DNA of 46,904 bases, the filler included, from Jimgerdemannia flammicorona (Eukaryota): the NCBI GenBank assembly GCA_003990765.1. It is 2 parts of 2 records of this genome, joined end to end, with 100 filler letters (N's around TTAATTAATTAA, not from the genome) between each part and the next. Parts side by side here need not be neighbours in the genome. Positions count along the whole stretch, not along the records: positions 23,506 to 46,904 come from RBNJ01001111.1; 1 more part is not named here. One strand, written 5' to 3'. A program made the position numbers and the translations under genes. Shown one piece after another: positions 44,640-46,904 of the stretch; within the stretch, counting starts at the first letter, position 1; each line of letters begins with the position of its first letter. The notes beneath the pieces were generated by a model, which was not told the DNA's origin, searched no databases, and saw only the letters and a list, made by a program, of their open reading frames with translations.

Positions 44640-45900
44640 AGCTGGTGGCTGTTCTTCATATCACTTATACTCAGGTAGTGAAGTTATTGGTTTGATCTCA
44701 AGAGTTGTCTGGAGGTATAGGTTGTATTCTCCAGTTTTCTCATTATAGTTGAAGTAATTGGGCATAAATGTAGATTAGTACTCATACTAGTGGTCATTAT
44801 CCCAATAGGTCTTATAGGTGGTTATAAACTATTATAAGTTTATTGGCAAGTTTAGTGGAGTGATCAGGGCTGATAGAGATCCTTGGCTAGAGGTCATGTC
44901 AGTATCAGAGGGATCATTATCTTCTGCTTCATTATTATTGAACTGGATTATATTATAGATATCCTTTATGATATATCTAACTTGGAGCATTTGCAGGATG
45001 TAGTTATTGGAGTGTAGGAAGGTTCTATCTGTAGTTTGAATGTACTCAATATACTTGTAGTTGAGTTCTTATATCATATCATCAATTTGGCCATAAGACA
45101 GAGTGACAACCATTTCAGTAGTGGTAACTCAGAGGTAGAGAATAAAGGTGCTATACTTATAAAAGAGTTCAGACATCTAAATAATATCTATATCATGGTA
45201 GTGTTCAACTATATCTTCTAGGAGATGACCAATCTGATAATAGCTTGAGATTTGTCTGATTCGATAGACTTCACTGAGCATATTTAGGGCATTCTATTGA
45301 ACTTCTACAAAGTAGAGAGGTGCCAGGCTATGAATATTTATGAGAAGTAGGAGAGAGGTGGCTCAGTTGACAATGGCATTCCAAATATTAGTATGGATGT
45401 AATTGTAGATCTTAGTAATCATGGTTGTGTATATGTTTAAGAGTTATAGTTATTTGTTTGATTTATTGTGGTTCTCTATTTCAATATGTCTGAGTGCTTA
45501 GTATATATGTATTCAGACCTAATTAATAAGATTCTGTTTGTATAATTTTTGTATTCTATAACTTCAGTTTAACTCAGCTTTGTATTTTGTGACTTTAGTT
45601 TGACTTAGCTTTGTGATCTTGCACATGATTTTCAGATTTGTTCTGAGGGTAATATGTGGTTTCAGTGGCTTGGAGATTGTATACTTATAATACTTATTAT
45701 TGATAAGAGTACTGTCTGAATTCTAGTAGTCACTTTATCTATTGATATAATAATTAGTATCTACTTATATATTTGATAAATATTATTACTTAGTCTACTT
45801 TACTTTTAAATAATATAAGTCAAAGATCTTTTATAGGTTTATTTACTTTAATATTGAGGCAAAGAACTTAAGTAAGTATAGTCACTTAGTCAATTAAGGC
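44640..45900 (-). mobile_element. Degenerate Gypsy 3' region with accessory ORF remnant
   Basis: 45560-45690 resembles the inverted integrase tail at 37920. The minus strand reads SSYYQIGHLLED..I*MSELFY near 45250-45150. Confidence 0.5.
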
Positions 45901-46009
45901 TACTATCTTTTCATCTGTAGATATTATTTTATTTATTTTATTATTTTTATTATCTAAGTAATAGAGTGAAAGTAATTCTTCTTCAGATACTATTACTACT
46001 GTAATAGAC

Positions 46010-46820
46010 CAAAACGTACTACTCAAATTATAACTTAGCCAGATGATATGAACAATTGGCATACTTAACCAGATAATATAGGCTCCTAGCATAATATCCA
46101 GTATATTATAGTTACTCATACCACCACACTTATAATTAGCCAGACATACAAGATAGGGTCTATTTACCTATACAGACTCTGTATACTGTACAGACTCTGT
46201 ACACTGTACAGGTCCTGTACACCATACAGACTCTGTATATCTACTATAAGTAGCAGATCTATAGTTAGCCACATAGTAATCAACTTGTATAAATTACCCC
46301 AGAGACAAGAGTGAATAAACCTCAGTCTGAAATACAAATACCAAAGAAGTCTCTAAAGATTGAGCATTAGTCTCCTTTCTACTCTGGTCTACTTTCCAAT
46401 ACAAAGCTTGAAGATTTTACTACTAAGTTCAAGGGAGAACTTCACTACCTTTGGAATTATTGATTTACTTGCCAAATAAGCCTGAAGATTTCTGCCTAAG
46501 AGAAAGCTGCCTGGCTCAAGCCAGTTTCTGACATAACTTCACAGTGATCCATTTGTACAAACAAAGCTAGTCTTTGATATAACTTTGCTAAGAGACCCTT
46601 TCTAAGAAGCCACTAGCATGTTTCCCACCCACTAATTCAGAAAGAATCTATACCACCCAAGTAGTATTTCCAGTTGAAGCTGCTAATTCAGAAGAATTTG
46701 CACCATCCAAATTATTTTCCAGAAGCCTGCCAATTCAGAAAAATCTGCATCATTCACCATTTTTAAGTTATCTGCCATATTTCCAGTTGAAGCTGCTATT
46801 TTCAAGTTGTCTGCATTCTC
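46010..46820 (+). repeat. LTR-like repeat with internal minisatellites
   Basis: Repeated ACTTAGCCAGAT and 18-bp TACAGACTCTGTACACTG units. Core AACTTGTATAAAT..GAGTGAATAAACCTCAG at ~46282-46325. Homologous to 23767 onward. Confidence 0.6.
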
Positions 46821-46904
46821 TTTTTTTTTTTTTTTTTTTTATTTAACTCTATTTCCCGCGGAATTTTTTTTGAAGGGAACCTAGACTGTATAGGCCAAAA
46901 CCCT
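46821..46904 (-). mobile_element. 3' end of the second LINE family (runs off the window)
   Basis: Poly(T) followed by the reverse complement of GGGTTTTGG.CTATACAGTCTAGGTTCCCTTC seen at ~31620-31652. Confidence 0.85.

Overview
Eukaryotic, intron-containing DNA, most likely from an early-diverging fungus (Mucoromycota-like; this is inferred from gene content only). A 100-bp artificial spacer (44N-TTAATTAATTAA-44N, 23406-23505) joins two contigs that may not be adjacent in the genome. Host genes lie only in the left part: an ankyrin fragment, a two-exon 99-aa secreted 6-Cys protein and a probable SAM-like Crinkler-type header remnant. The main candidate is a 13-exon minus-strand gene (17307-12725, about 1022 aa) that I spliced by hand. 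It fuses a non-RD TKL-type protein kinase, through six symmetric phase-1 mini-exons, to a bacterial-type AAA-ATPase_like + PD-(D/E)XK_9 module whose catalytic motifs look degenerate. The rest is nested, heavily C-to-T/G-to-A mutated transposons: several dUTPase-carrying Ty3/Gypsy elements (some with a shared unknown 3' accessory ORF), L1/Tx1-like LINEs with TSDs, solo LTRs and a family of palindromic hAT-like MITEs. Domain calls come from motif recognition by eye; no database searches were run.
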